64,000 nt of DNA from Hypanus sabinus (Eukaryota). This document shows positions 48,049-62,495 of this stretch, one piece after another. The DNA lies in contig NC_082730.1 of the NCBI RefSeq assembly GCF_030144855.1, forward strand, positions 13,268,001 to 13,332,000. Reading direction: 5' to 3'. The notes beneath the pieces were generated by a model that saw only the letters and a list, made by a program, of their open reading frames with translations, was not told the DNA's origin and made no database searches. The position numbers and the translations under genes were made by a program. Each line of letters begins with the position of its first letter. Position 1 is the first letter of the stretch.

Positions 48049-51000
48049 CTGTCAGTAAAATTTAAAGTCAATATATTAATGTTTATTTAATGATTTTGTT
48101 TTATTTACAGATATAGCACAGTAGCAGGCCCTACTGGCCCAATGAGCCTGCACAGCACTATTGCACCCATATAACCAATTAACCGTCTAACTTGTATGCC
48201 TTTAGAATGTGGGACAAAACCAGAGCACGTGGAGGAAACACACACAATCACAAGACGAATGAACAAGCTGCCTGCAGACAGTATCAGGAATTGAACCTGG
48301 ATCTCTAGTGCTGTAATAGTGATACGTAGAATATAAAACACTACAGCACAATAGAGTCAGTGGTGGAATTGACCCTGGATCATTAGCATTGTAGTAGCAT
48401 TACATAGAACATAGAACACTACAGCAGCTTACAGATACTTTGGCCCATGATATTGAGTCAATATTTTAATCTACACTCAGATCAATCTAACCCTACACAG
48501 CCGTTTATTTTTTCCCCTATCATCTCTGTGTCTATCTAAGGGTCTCTTAAATGTCTCTTATGTACCTGCTCTACCATCAACCCTGGCAGGGTATTCCAAC
48601 AATCACCCAATTTAAGTTTTGAAATAATCTACCCCTGACGTCCCCTCTCTTCCCTCCACCAATAACCTTACATTATGCCCCTTGTATTAGCCAATTCACA
48701 TTGGAAAATGTCTCCAACTGTCCACTTGATTAATGCCTCTTATCATCTTGTACACCTCTATCATGTCACCTCTCATCTTCCTTCAGTCCAAAGTGAAGAG
48801 CCCCGACTCACTGGACCCACCTTTGTACAACTCGTCTAATCCTGGCAGGAGCCTGGTAAATCTCCAATAACCGTAACACCTCCGTGCTAATAATTTATGG
48901 AATCTGAGCAAAATATTTCCATAAACACTTTTCATGTAACTTAATCTCTGCTCACTTCTCCAGATCAACGGCTAATTATTATTACAACATAAAATGAAGC
49001 CATTTCAGCCCTTTGGGTCTATGCAGTTTCATTTCCCACCAGTCCTTACAAAGAGCTGCTATAGACTAGATGGATCAAATAGCCTCCCACCATACCGAAC
49101 CCAATCATTTTCTGACGTGATGGCCCTCAGTTCTTAACGGACTAGACAGTCATTACTGTGTTGCCTATTGTGGAAGTTTGCAATGCACAAATTGGCTGTT
49201 GGGCTTTCTGCATACCTTCGCACTTCAAAACTACTTTGTTGTTTGTGAAGTGTGCTGTGGAATTTTCACAGACCTGTGGATCAAGTACCATAGAAACAGG
49301 CCATTCAGCTCACTGAGTCTGTGCAGACCATGAAATACTCACTTCCATGATCCCTTTCTCTTCCCCTCAGGCTCCCATCAACACCCCCTAGATACCATGG
49401 AGAATTATCCTTTCATGCTGTACATCTTTGGGATGTGGGACGGTGGGGTAATTCGAACACCTGGAGAAAACTCACACAGGGAGACATACCACAACAAAGA
49501 ACTGGAGGACAGATTAGTCCAAAAGCAAACCCTCTGTGCTGCACGTACTCCATAGAGTTTCTTTGTGAATCCACCCCTCCACTACCTTTGTCTCAGCTCA
49601 CTATACCTCGTACTGAAAAGTAAAATTGATTGTCACCTTTCCTGATCCCTGTTGCTTATTCTCAGCAGTAGTGTTTCACCCCATGTCTGGTTATCAATGA
49701 CAATTTTTAAGGTTATATATAACTAGATGCTATAGGTCAATATACGTGAAAAGAAATTCTTACTTGCAATCACAGAGATCAATAGCAGAGCAGCAAACAG
49801 CATTGTTCCAGTGACGGTCCTCTGTTTCCAGTGACTGCGTCTACAATATACATTTCTTCCTCATTTTTAAAAGATCTGTCATGGCTTGCATCATTTCCTC
49901 TTAAATTAACAAGTGTCTTTGCAATGTCAAACAAAAAAATGGGACATTAACAAATGTCCTTTTTCTCATGTTACTGTGTATATTGTTAACAGTTTCCAGT
50001 TTGGGGAAACTGGAAGATGACTCTTAATTGAATATAACTGCACACAGAGACTAGAAGAGCTGCTAAAAAAGTAGCATTACCTTCAGGTGGGAGGCTACCC
50101 AGGCGGTTTATAACCTGAGTTTGGATTCATCTTGACGGTAGAGGAGGCCATGGATAAACATATCAGAATGGGAATGGGATGTGGAATTAAGATGTGTGGC
50201 CCGACACAGACTGGGAAACCGTTTCGCTGAACACCTACGCTCTGTCCGCCAGAGAAAGCAGGATCTCCCAGTGGCCACACATTTTAATTCCACGTCCCAT
50301 TCCCATTCTGATATGTCTATTCATGGCCTCCTCTACTGTCAAGATAAAGCCACACTCAGGTTGGAGGAACAACACCTTATATACCAGCTGGGTAGCCTCC
50401 AACCTGATGGCAAGAACATTGACTTCTCTAACTTCCGTTAATGCCCCTCCTCTCCTTCTTACCCCATGCCTGATATATTTAGTTTTCCCCCCTCCCTTTT
50501 TTTCCTCTCTTTCTGTCCATCAGTTTACCTGTAATCCATCTCCCTCTGGTGCTCCCCTCCCCGTTTCTTTCTCCCTAGGCGTCCCGTCCCATGATCCTTT
50601 CCCTTCTCCAGCTCTGTATCCCTTTTACCAATCACCTTTCTGGCTCTCAGCTTCACCCCACCCCCTCCGGTCTTCTCCTATCATTTTGCATTTTCCCCTC
50701 CCCCCACTACTTTCAAATCTCTTACTATCTTTCCTTTCAGTTAGTCCTGACGAAGGGACTCGGCCCAAAATGTCGACAGAGCTTCTCCTTATAGATGCTG
50801 CCTGGCCTGCTGTGTTCCACCAGCATTTTGTGTGTGTTGCTTGAATTTCTAGCATCTGCAGGTTTCCTCGTGTTTGCTGTGTGTAAGTTTGTTGTTGAGT
50901 TTCTTGTGTTACAATTTGTGAACTATTTTAGTAACAGTCTGAAAGCAATGTAGAAGGTAAAATAGGTGTTGTTCCTTCAACCTGAGTGTGGATTCATCTT

Positions 51001-54000
51001 GCCAGTAGAGGAGGCCATGGATAGACATATCGGAATGGGAATGGGACGTGGAATTAAAATGTGTGGCCCGACGCAGACTGGGAAACCGTTTTGCTGAGCA
51101 CCTATGCTCTGTCCGCCAGAGAAAGCAGGATCTCCCAGTGGCCACACATTTTAATTCAACGTCTCATTCCCATTCTGATATGTCTATCCATTCCTGCAGA
51201 TTTCCTCGTGTTTGCTGTGTGTAAGTTTGTTGTTGAGTTTCTTGTGTTACAATTTGTGAACTCTTTTAGTAACATTCTGAAAGGGATGTAGAAGGTAAAA
51301 TAGAAATAAAACTCTTAATTTTCCTTTATCATTTCATCTCACTCATTGATGGCTTCTAATGAATTAGAACTCTGCTGGGAATTAAAATTGCAAGCGAACT
51401 CAACCATGGCCATTCTGATCTCCATCTAAACTCAGAATAAAATATTTGCACACCTGATCAGGAAGCGTTTCGCGAAAGTTGGAGGGGAAACCTCATAGGC
51501 TGTGCGATATCGGTTCTGACAAAAAAAAAGACATTTGACTGACACATATCATGCAGATCGTATCAAGTACAACCATGCCTAAGCCTGACCCATAAACACA
51601 AGAGATGTTTCAGAAGCTGGAGATCCAGAGTAACACGCACAAAAGTTAGAGGAACAAAACAGATGAGGCAGCATCTATGGAGAGGAATAAAGACTTGACG
51701 TTTGAGGTGAGACCCTTCATGAACCCTGATGAAGAGTGTTGGTCTGAAATGTCTTTTTATTCTTCTCCATAGATGCTGCTTGACCTGCTGAGTTCATCCA
51801 GCATTTTGTGTGTGTTGCTAACCCTAACCCAAATGTTTTAGCAGAAAATACACCAACTCGACTTGTACCTAGCTTACGTAGTCCGGTATGCATGAAGTAG
51901 TCATAATCTGACCTGGAATTCCAATCTTATCCCCTTGTCATTATTAGCTTTTAATAATGCATTAAAACTCATCTTTTTAATAGGTTCACATCAGGACATT
52001 GCTCCTTTGTCTTACAACCAGATTTGCATCACTGCTTTTCAGTGAAGAACAGCCACTTTATAATTTAGTACCTGTGTGCTGTCTATCCATGTAGATGAAT
52101 ATACAAATTTGAATTCACAGTGAGTAACATTACCGAAGAGAAGTTCAGTATTCCAGTGATGGGTCTTTGGATTAGTGATGGATCACCAATTTGTACTGAG
52201 AACCCATTCCTACGACAGTCCAAGGATGTGCTTGGGGCAGCCTACAAGTCACACCATATATCCGGCACCAACATAGCATGCCTACAACTTACTAACCCTA
52301 ACTCGTACATTTTTGAAATGTGGGAGGGGGCTGGAGCAGCCAGAGGGAACCCAGTTGGTCATGGAGAAAACATATAAACTCCTTACTGGCAACGACAGGA
52401 ATTGAAAGCAGATTGCTGGCCTTGCAGAGTGTTACACAAATTGCTACATGCAATGTCAACATTCATTTCAAGAGGACTGGAATATAATGGCAAGGATGTA
52501 ATGTTGATACTGTATAAAGCACTGGTGAGGCCTCACTTGGAGTGCTGTGAGCCCATTATCCTCAAAAGAGTGTGCTGAAACTGTAGAGGATTTTAAGGTG
52601 GTTCATAAAAATGATTCCAAGATTGAACAGCTTGATATAATGTAAAGATTTTTACTCATCATGTGTGTGAAGGATGTAAGAAGTAGTGAATTCAATTCAT
52701 ATGAAGAGTGTTTGGTGGCTCAGGGCCAGTATTCACTGGAATGCAGAAGAATGAGGGGTGACCTAATTGAAGTCTATCGAATATTTAAAGGTTTTGATAG
52801 AGTTGATGTGGAGAGGATGTTTCCTATGGTGAGAGCACCTGAGACCAGAGTTTACAGCCTCAGAATAGAGGGGTGTCCTTTTAGAATGAGCATGAGCAGG
52901 AAATTCTTCAGCCAGAGGGTGGTGAATCTGTGGAAATGTTGCCACAGGCAGAGGTTGATAGATTCTTGATTGGTCAGGGCATGAAGAGATATGGGGAGAG
53001 GGCAGGAGACTGGGGCTGAGAGGAATAATGCATCAGCCTTAATGAAATGGTAGAACAATCTTGATGGGCCAAATGGCCTAATTCTGCTCCTATTCCTTAT
53101 TGTTTTGTTGCCGTGCTGCCCTTCAATGCCGCTGTGCCACTCTTCACTTGGTGCCCTTGTTGACACCAAGGAATTTAAAACTACAGACCCTCTTCTATTT
53201 CTGTTCTGTTGACACTGGCTCATAGACCTCAAGCTTCTGTCTCCTGGGCTGGGTCTCTCACTTCCTCATAAGCGAACAAATATCTTTGCAACATGGCGTA
53301 GAGTTCAAGGCATTGAGATATATCCTGCTTCACAACTTGCTGTGGCCATGTTAACCAAGTTGCATTTTAAGCACATTAACTGTTGCTGACTGATGCTTGA
53401 CAGTTTGTCCGAAAGTCAACACATTCACAGAGAAAGGATGCTGCTCACACCAGGAACTAACTCAGAAGCTTCAACTGGAAACATAATTTTTCAATTTGTT
53501 ATTTGAAATTTATTTTCCATATTCACCTCTATTAAAGTGGAAGAAAGCTTTTAGGTTCTAAACACAGAAAATTGATGCTGGTGCAGCTGGTATTTTGGAT
53601 ATTTTGTGTAGTCCTATTGCAGTTGTGGAAGAAAAATAGAGGGTATGGGTAATCCTAGATAATTTCTAAAGTAAGTACATGTTTGGCATAGCATTGTGGG
53701 CCGAAGGGCCTGTATTGTGCTGCAGGTTTTCTATGTTTCTATGTGGTTGTTATTATAAAACTACACGTGGCACCGTGAAGTACAGATTGAAAGGGCCATC
53801 TATATTGTTGCAGATCTGGAGTTAATTGTGGATAAGATTCGATGCTGAAATTAGTTTTGTTATTTGTTAAGCACATATTTCCCTCTCTACCCCTCTCTGC
53901 TTTTTGCAGGGATTGTTCCCTCCGCAACTGCCTGGTCCACACGTCCCTCCCCACAGATCTCCCACCTGGTACTTATCCCTGGAGGCGGAAGTGCTACACC

Positions 54001-56638
54001 TGCCCCTACACCTCCCCTCTTTCCACTATTCAGGGCCCCAAACAGTCCTTCCAGGTGAGGCAACACTTCACTTGTGAGTCTGTTGGAGTCACCTATTGCA
54101 TCCGGTGCTCCCGGTGCGGCTTCCTCTACATCGGCGAGACCCGATGCAGTCTGGGGGACAGCTTCGTCGAGCACCTCCACTCCGTCCGCCACAACAGAAC
54201 AGATCTCCCGGTTGCCCTCCACTTCAACTCAGCTTCACATTCCCTTTCGGATATGACCATACATGGCCACCTCTACTGCCATGAGGAGGCCAAACTCCGG
54301 TTGGAGGAGCAACACCTCATGTACCGTCCGGGTATGAACATCGAATTTTCCAACTTCCCCTAATTCCCTCCCTCTCCCTTCCCCCATCCCACTTTCACTC
54401 TGCCTCCTCTTCCAGCTGCCTACCACCTCTCTCATGATTCTGCCTTCTACTACTACTACCCATATTGCTTTCCCCTTACATTCCTTCTTCACCTTTCCTG
54501 CCTTTCGCCTCCCCTACTTCCCCACCCCCATCCCTTGCTCTATCCTCTGATTGGTTTTTCACCTGGCACCCACCAGCCTTCTCCTTCCCACCCTCCCCCG
54601 ACCTTCTTTATAGGGCTCCTGCCCCCTCCTTCTTCAGTCCTGATGAAGGGTCTCAGCCCAAAACGTTGACTGCTCGTCTCAACGGATGCTGTCCGACCTG
54701 CTGAGTTTCTCCAGCGTGTTGTACGTATTGATTTGACCACAGCGTCCGCAGTGTACTTGTGTTTAGTTTTGTTATTGTCAGTTGCACTGAGGCATTGTGA
54801 AAAAAAGACTTTCTTCCACATTCCATCTGCACAGATCATTTAATTCACACATTGCATTGAGGGAGTACAATGGAAAGGCTTTAACATTTTGCAGAATACC
54901 TCGTTACAGTTCCAGAGAAAGTGCAGCGCAGACAATGAAGTGGAAGGCAACAGTGAGGATCTTGCTGACCCCTGTGTGTTCGTCGGAGAAGAAAACTGAG
55001 GATCTGAGGACAAGACTGCTGTATCAGAGATGAGAAAAATCTCAGTTGTTTGTTGTATCGGAACTTGGACAGGCCAGCTGCAGCAGTCAGGCCAGAAGGA
55101 TTTATGATTTACAGAATGGACCGAAGTGTGGACTCACGAAAGGCAAAGGGTGGAGGCGTGTGTTTTATGGTCAGATCTTGTCAGTGCTCTGACTTGGCAA
55201 TTCTGTCAAACAGTGTACAATCGTCTTGGAACACCTAAAGATCAATTGCAGACCTATCTACTTGCCTTGGAAGTTATCATCTGTGATCTTGACAGCAGCT
55301 TATGTATCACCAATGGCCGACAATAAACAAGCACTCACAACATTGCATGACGTCTGCAGAAAAGAAACAGCCACTTTTCAAATTGTAACTGGATACTTCA
55401 ACCAGCACTGTTTGAAGAATACCCTGCTCAGTTACCACTGTAGCACCAGAGGTCCCTGCATTCCAGACCACTGCTGCACTATGTTAATGAATGGCTGCTG
55501 TTCCTTGCCCAGACTGCAATTTGGTAAATTGGATCACTTGGCTGTCCTTTTCCTCGCTATATACAGGCAGAGCCTAAAAAGCAGGGCGGCAGAGAAAAAA
55601 AAAGAAATAAGGTGGATGATCTTGTAGATTGTCAGGTATGATGTTGTGACTGATTGACTGGAGGCAGTGAATGGGAATAAAATGATCTTTTTCTGGTTGT
55701 CTGCCGAAGACCAGTGATGTTCTGCGGGGGTTGGTGTTGGCGCTGCTTCTTGTTATGCAGTATATCAATGATTTAGATGATGGAATAGGTAGGTTTTTCC
55801 CTAATTTGCAGAATATACAAAGACTAGTGGAGGGGCAGGTAGTGTTGAGGAAGCAGGTAGGATGCAGAGTGACTTAGATAGATTTGGAGAATGGGCAAAA
55901 GAGAGGCAAATGAAATACAATGTTGGAGAATGCATGGCCACACACTTTGCTAGAAGAATAAATATGCAGACTATTTTCTAAATGCGGAGAAAATCCAAAA
56001 TCTGAGATGCAAAGGGACTTTAGAGTCCTTGTGCAGAACGCCCTAAAGGTTAACTTGCAGGTTGAGTCGGTGATGAGGAAGGCAAATGCAATGTTAACAT
56101 TCATTTCAAGAGTTCTAGAATACGAGAACAGGAATGTGATGCTGAGGCTTTATAAGGCACTTGTGAGGCCTCACCTTGAGTGTTGTGAACAGTTTTTGGG
56201 CGCCTCATGTACGAAAAGAGGTGCTTGCATTGGAGAGGATTCAGAGGAGATACACAAGAATTATCTGGGAATGAAAGGGTTATCATACAAGGAATGTTTG
56301 ATAGCTGTGGGTCAGTACTTGCTGGAATTTAGAAGGCTGAGGGAGATCTGATTGGAACCTTTTGAATGTCGAAAGGCCTAGACAGAGTAGATGTGGAAAG
56401 GATGTTTCCCATGGTGGGTGAGTCTAGGAATAGAGGGTACTTCCTTGGGATTGAGGAGCAACTATTTAAAACAAGAATGCGGATACATTTTTGCTGGTGA
56501 ATTTGTGGAATTCATTACCACAGGCAGCTGTGGAGGCCAGGTCATTGGGTGTAATGAAGGTAGAGGTTGATAGGTGAATGGACATGGCATCAAAGATTTT
56601 GGGGAGAAGGCTGGGTAGTGGGGCTGAGAAGCCTTGAC

Positions 56639-59600
56639 TTCTACTGCTATCCTGTGAAGTAACTCTCTTTAGCATTTTTCTAAAAACCTGGTAAGATTGT
56701 GTGCTTCTGGTAAGTGTTTTGGTTTGGCTAAAGATAAGGAGCAATGTGTCCAATTTAGGAATGTTGTATCAGCCAGTCAGGATTGTGGGATTTAGTGAAG
56801 GGGAAGACGACCATGAGGCTCGGGCTGAGCAGACATCTCAGTCACTGGTTGTATGGCAGTGCTCAGATAATGTGAAGTAACCGAGTCTAGTAGAGAGTTT
56901 AAAGGTTCCGGTAGGTGATAACAGTGATTTTTCATAAAGGCAGAAAATCCATTAGCCACTTCAGCGAATTCCCTGCAAGCTCTGGAGGATGCTTTTGGCA
57001 CAGCTGAAAGTGCAACCGATTTTAGGATGAAGTTTAGGCGCACATTCCAGGAGGAAAGAGAGTTGTTGTCTGCCATGACACGATTGCTTGATGTATTCAA
57101 AAGACCCACAAGCTGCACTCTCCTCTGTGTTTTACTGAATTTCTTTGAGAAGTTAGATTGGAGGAAAACATGATTGAGAAGTGGAGAATTTCCAAAAGCA
57201 GAATAGTGTCTTCAGCGGTAGCCTCTTCTGTTAAAAGGGCCCCAGATGCCACGAAGATAGATCTTCTGAGGAATGAGTCGAAAACCCTTCGAGCTGAGCT
57301 GACTCGATGGATACCTGCAAATGTTTCAGCTAAATGTGACACGTCTGTTTGGAAACCCGACAAACCTGTAGGACGTGCTAAGCAGAGGATGGCCGCTGGA
57401 AAGTGCCTTTGACTGGAGAGGTGACTGGTCTTTTCTGTTACAACAGTGGAGGAGGTGGATATTTCGAGTGAGACTGTGAGTGACAGGAAAGTCTTCGAAA
57501 AATAAGTCAGCAGTTAGTCAAAGAAGGAAGAAATCTACGGAGGGACCCAGTAAAGGAATGTTCTGGCACTTCAGAGAGAATACGTTCCAATCAGTGTATC
57601 AAGGGAAATACTGAAGTGCAATACACTGTTCCTGATGATTTAGTGGGACCAAGCTCTGATGTATCCATATAGATTGAAAATATTTATCTTAGAGCCATAC
57701 TGGACACTTACATCACTTTACAGATCCCGCAACAACCAGTATTTGAGGCATTTACCATTGACACCACTCAGTTCCCTTGTGATTTGGGGGCTTAGTACTG
57801 CTGATTACCTGTACGATGGTTACTTATCGTTGCAACTACAATTTTCAGAAGCAGGTGTTGGAGTAACTGAGGCTTTTGATATCCTTGAGTAAGTCTGCCA
57901 GGAACTGGTTGAAAAAGGGGAAGCTTCATTCTTGTGGGAACAAACACTCCAATGGTGAGAAGGCTCATGAGAACATTTAAAAAGGGAGGTGAGAGAAGTT
58001 CTTTAAAACCATGTCCATGCACCCGGTGTTCAGAGCTGCTTTTGAGGAAGTGCAAGTTCCTCCTTAGCTCATTGATGAGCATAAATGCGTAACTGTGTCG
58101 TAAACCCAGTCCAAAGCTGGCATGTTACGTCCTGAAAAAACAGCTGAAGCAACTGGATAGCCCAAGTTCCCCGGAATGCCCGATGTGAGACCCTCCTGAT
58201 GGATGCTCTAGAGGATCTCGAAGAAGAGTCATGCGTAGCTTCTGGAGTGCCGGTGAGACCTGAGCTGCAGAAACCTTTGGGTGCCCATGCAAGCAGGGTG
58301 ACAGTATTGGTGGTGGTTGCTCCAAGTGTACTCGCCACACTATTAGAGTGACGGAGGACTCCCCTTTCCAAGAGAGGTCGCGCTGTTTAGGACCAGCGGA
58401 GGTTGAACATGTTCAGCAGCCCCAGTTTAAACTGGGCTCCAGAATAATTGGGGATGAAGCTGAGTTTAGTCAAGTGGCAAGGGGACCGGAGTGACTGGAA
58501 TGAATGAGTGATAGGCGGGGGAGGCATCACTGAGAAAACAGGAACAGTACTGAGGAGTGCCCGAGGCTGAAGAAGCTGAAGATGAAATAAGATGGTCTCA
58601 GAGAGTCAGGAAACCCCCAATAGTCTGGCATATGATGTACCAGGAAAACAGTGCCCTGTCCATCCAATGGACTGCCAATATGTTATTGCCAATTACAAAT
58701 GGATTGAGGAACCTGAAATCACAAACTGCATTTGAATACCATGTTATTAATAATGGTCCAATAAGTTCCAAAGTCATGAGAATGTGACTATTTTAGGTTT
58801 GGGATGGGAGGAGTGGGGAGAGTGTAATGCTCTAGTTAAGATTTCTACTGCTTCACTGAGTAGAATTTATTTTAGCAGTGTTTCGTAAGAGCAGTGTGTG
58901 CCACTGGTAAGAGCATTTTAGCTTCAGCTACAGGCAAGGAACCATATTTTCCAAGATAGGAATGTAGTGTCAGCCAATCAGGACTGTGGGGTGTAAAGAA
59001 GGTTCTGGGGAGCTGTGTGGGAAGAGATTTCTGAAAGTCAGTCGTCTGTTTTGGGGTCCTTTCGGGCTGGAGCTGCGGAGCGGGTCAGGAGGGAAGATGC
59101 TGCAAAGTGCCTTTGGATGGAGAGTCCCCTTTGCAAGAAACGCTTTGTGCAGATGAATAGCTGGAAGAAGGAAGGGCCAATACTCCTGAGAGGTTTGGTT
59201 TGTTTGAACTGCCTTTGAGGGAAATTCGGACAGTGGCAAATGGTTTCATACAGACCATGGTTCGAGCACGTGAGGAAAGCAATACACCCCCTGACTACCA
59301 CTGAAATGAGCTCCAGCATTTATGTGCACATTGGACTGGTTTAACTGTAACGGGCCCTTTAATTTATCTTAGCAGATTTCTCTAACTATAAATCTGGTAA
59401 ATGTACTTTCTTTATAATTTCATGCTGGTGTACGATCTGTAGTTCTGAGCTAGCGATAATTGTGTATGGGAAGTACTTACACAGCATTCGCTGAAATTGA
59501 GGTTTCTTTCATTGGGACATTGCAACATTCCTGTTTGGTTGAATCAGACTGACCTGAGAGGTATTTTGCTTATGAAAGTCAGCCTCCTCACCAATGAGTC

Positions 59601-59666
59601 ACCTGGCTGTTAGCAGAGTTAGAAAAAGAGCCAAGTTGGTGCACAAGCCCCAGTGAGAGGGTTACA
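56639..59666 (+). mobile_element. Same deleted Gypsy element at the B/C boundary, 3' LTR 58823-59666
   Basis: Colinear with 27811-30826; DTG motif removed by an 11-bp deletion. Confidence 0.85.
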
Positions 59667-60799
59667 TACAGACTTGCCTTGTTAGCCCACAGGAAAATGC
59701 ATCTCAGGGCCGTATGTGTAGACATATATGTACTTTGATAATAAATTTACTTTGAACTTTGATATCTAAAGCAGAGACTGATTGGTTATTGATCCGTATG
59801 GTCATCAAAGGTTACAGGAAGAAGGCAGGAAAATGGGGTTGAGAAGGAAAATAAATCAGACTTGATTGCATGGTGGAGCGGACTTGATGGACTGAATGGC
59901 AGAATTCTACCCAATGAGTTTGTCTTTACTACAGAGATCTACATCAAGGGAGATGTAGATGCTGGAAATTTTAAACAATACACACAAAATGGTGTAAAAT
60001 TTCAGAAGGGCAGGCAGTGTCAATGGAGGGAATTGAATAGTTGACATTTCTGGTGGAGAACCTTCATCACAACTGGAGGGAAGGGAGCAGAAGCCAGAAG
60101 AAATAGGTGTGGGGAGGAGCACGGACTAGCAGGAGTCCAGGTGAAGGGGAGGTAGGTTTGAAAGGGAAAGATGTGAGAAGCTGGAGGGTGATAGGTAGAA
60201 TAGATAAAGGACTGAAGGAGAAGGAATCTGATAGGAGATGACAGTGGACCATCGTATTAAGGGCAACGGCTGGAGACTCAGGGGGAGATGATGGGAAAGG
60301 GAGGGAAAGAGAAGGGCTAAGAGGGATTCTGGAGAGAGAACATGGCCTTCCAGTATTGAATGGTGACCCCATTTGGAGTCTTCCATTGAATCCTGAAACT
60401 TCTGTTAAGCTTCCTCACTGAAAGTTTCAGGTCTGTACTACACAGTTTTACTGATTCTTGCTCCTGATTCTGGCCTTCTAGTTCCTCCATCTCCCCAGTT
60501 CCAATTCACACCATAGTATAGTTATGGCTGCACCCTCTCACATGCCTCTGTTTGTCCCTAAGGTTGTCTGGACACCTCTCCGCAAACACGTCTGATTCTT
60601 GCCGGTTCATTAATGGTGCATTAATGGACTCCGAGAGCGGGTGGTGCTCCATAGCTGCAGTGTATTCACAGTGTGGTAAGCCTTTTGCAATGTCAAGATT
60701 CGGCATCTATCAGCTCTGTGTGAATTTAAGTTTGGGTACTTTGTTGTATTATAATTACAAAAATATATTTACTGCAAGTTTATAATTCTATAATACTAC

Positions 60800-61210
60800 A
60801 AAACTGAGACAATGCAATGAGTAACTCGAACTAAATTAAAATGTTTTCAACACAGTCTATGATATATTTATCCCCTGCAGTGCTGAATAATCCCAGAACC
60901 CCTCCATGGTACTCGAGGACACTGAGCGGCTGTTCTCCACAGGTACAGATATACCCCGGAAGGTTGTCATGCCGTCAGCCTGGGCAGAGCCCTCTGCTGC
61001 CCACCTCAAGGACCCATGAATAGCTATCTTTGCCAGACCCAGGTACTAGCTTATGAGAATATCCTCCTCTCTCCTTACAGTGGAGTTCACTGTGGGTTTC
61101 ACCAGCTGTGTGCAGTTCTGCTTTTAGTTTATTATGTACACGGGTAAGCTTTCCATCTGGGAGTCTATGGGGTTGTTGTTAGGCTGGTAACCAGGCATCC
61201 GTTTCCTGTG
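60800..61210 (-). mobile_element. Tx1/L1-type LINE ORF2 C-terminal fragment, present only in unit C
   Basis: LGLAKIAIHGSLRWAAEGSAQADGMTTFRG..MEGFWDYSALQG resembles Tx1 ORF2 C-termini (from memory, not searched). Confidence 0.55.
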
Positions 61211-62348
61211 GTTCAATTTTAGGCTGCAGCTCATGCTTTGGGTCAAATTTCAACTTTCAGGATTTAAGTTATTTGTCACCTGTACATCAATGCACAGAGT
61301 GAAATACATTATTTGTGTTAAGAACCAATATACTCGAGATTGTGCTGGGGAGGGAGAAGTTGGCAGTGTGTCAGGGAATTGGAAAGGAGACGCTAGCAAT
61401 GTGTTGGGGTTTGATGAAGAGATTAAGCACAAAATGTTGATTGTCTACTTCTCTCCATCAATCCTGCCTGTCCTGCTCAGTTCTTCCAGCATTTTGTGTG
61501 TGTTGCCAGTGCATCCTTTCCCCTTCCCAAACTCACTATCTGCCACTTCCAAATATACTGACAACTTCCCACCAATACATTGAATACTTCTCACTAATAA
61601 ACTGACAACATCTCCTTCTCCCTTCCACAACCCTGTGAACTCCCTCCTCCCAACACACTGACAGCTTCCACTATCCCTTCCCCAACACACCACCAATTTC
61701 CCTCACCCCTCCCCAATACATTGCCAACTCTCCTTTTCTTTCTCCACATGTTGCCGACTCCTCTCTTTCCATCCCCATCACACAGCCAACTTACAACTCC
61801 CTGGAACTTGGCAACTCCCTCCACCACAGCATCACCAACTTCCCTCTCCGCAACACACCACCAACTTCCAATTCCCAGCAGCCTGGCAAATTCTTCCCCC
61901 CCCCCTCAATGCCAACTACTCCCTCCCCAACACATCATGAGCCTCTCTCTGCCCCACTTCCTCAACACTTTGTCATCTCCATTATCCTGAATGCATTCTG
62001 TCAGCCCATTACACTACCCCAGCCCCCGGCAACTACAAACTCAACCCCAAGCACCAGCTACCAGCCGTCCCTCCACCCATATCAACATTCCCCCAGCATC
62101 GGGCTCCATGCCATCTTGTCTTGCGCACAGATTTCATCAAGTCCATGGTTGCTGAAACCTCTGAGCTTGTTCAGGGACAAGGGGGGATGAAGACCAAAGT
62201 GGCCACCAGCTGCTTGCTCCTGCACCAGGCCAACACAGCCCCAAAGAAAGCTGGTTGAGGGAAACAGCTGCACTAAAACAAAGAAACGTTCACCCGACTT
62301 TATTTGTGATGTTTTCTAGGTTTCCTTTGGAGGTTGAATTAATCATTA

Positions 62349-62495
62349 TTAGTGAGCAACCACTGAATACACTACAGTTTCTGAGTAATGTTGTGTTCAG
62401 GCATTTCTAGGAGCATCATGTACCGGAGGATTGATGTGCGTGTTTTCCACGTAATCTCTACATTGCTTCACACTGGCATACGCCACAGGCTTTTC
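62349..62495 (-). pseudogene. ITIM exon, unit C, with AGA>TGA stop at 62399-62397 removing the distal ITIM
   Basis: Plus strand ttgtgttcaggcatt versus ttgtgttctggcatt in A and B. Confidence 0.82.

Larger units (their letters stand above)
40315..49803 (-). pseudogene. Unit B copy of the receptor; exons 49803-49764, 48048-47734, 44084-43773, 42071-42032, 40539-40432, 40327-40315; nonsense codon in D1, all other exons open
   Basis: Same exon sizes and splice sites as unit A; ATA TGA GCA at 48016-48014 where unit A has ATA CGA GCA (19191-19189). Confidence 0.82.

Noticed and set aside
60506-60706. Minus-strand 66-aa ORF ending NYTMV as another tyrosine-motif tail exon
   Set aside because: In-frame TAG directly before the ATG, no convincing in-phase acceptor, motif does not fit the ITIM consensus, and it lies beyond the ITIM exon polyA site
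60881-61143. Plus-strand exon-like AG/GT pattern in the unit C segment
   Set aside because: Frames contain stops; the minus strand reads as a Tx1-like LINE C-terminus
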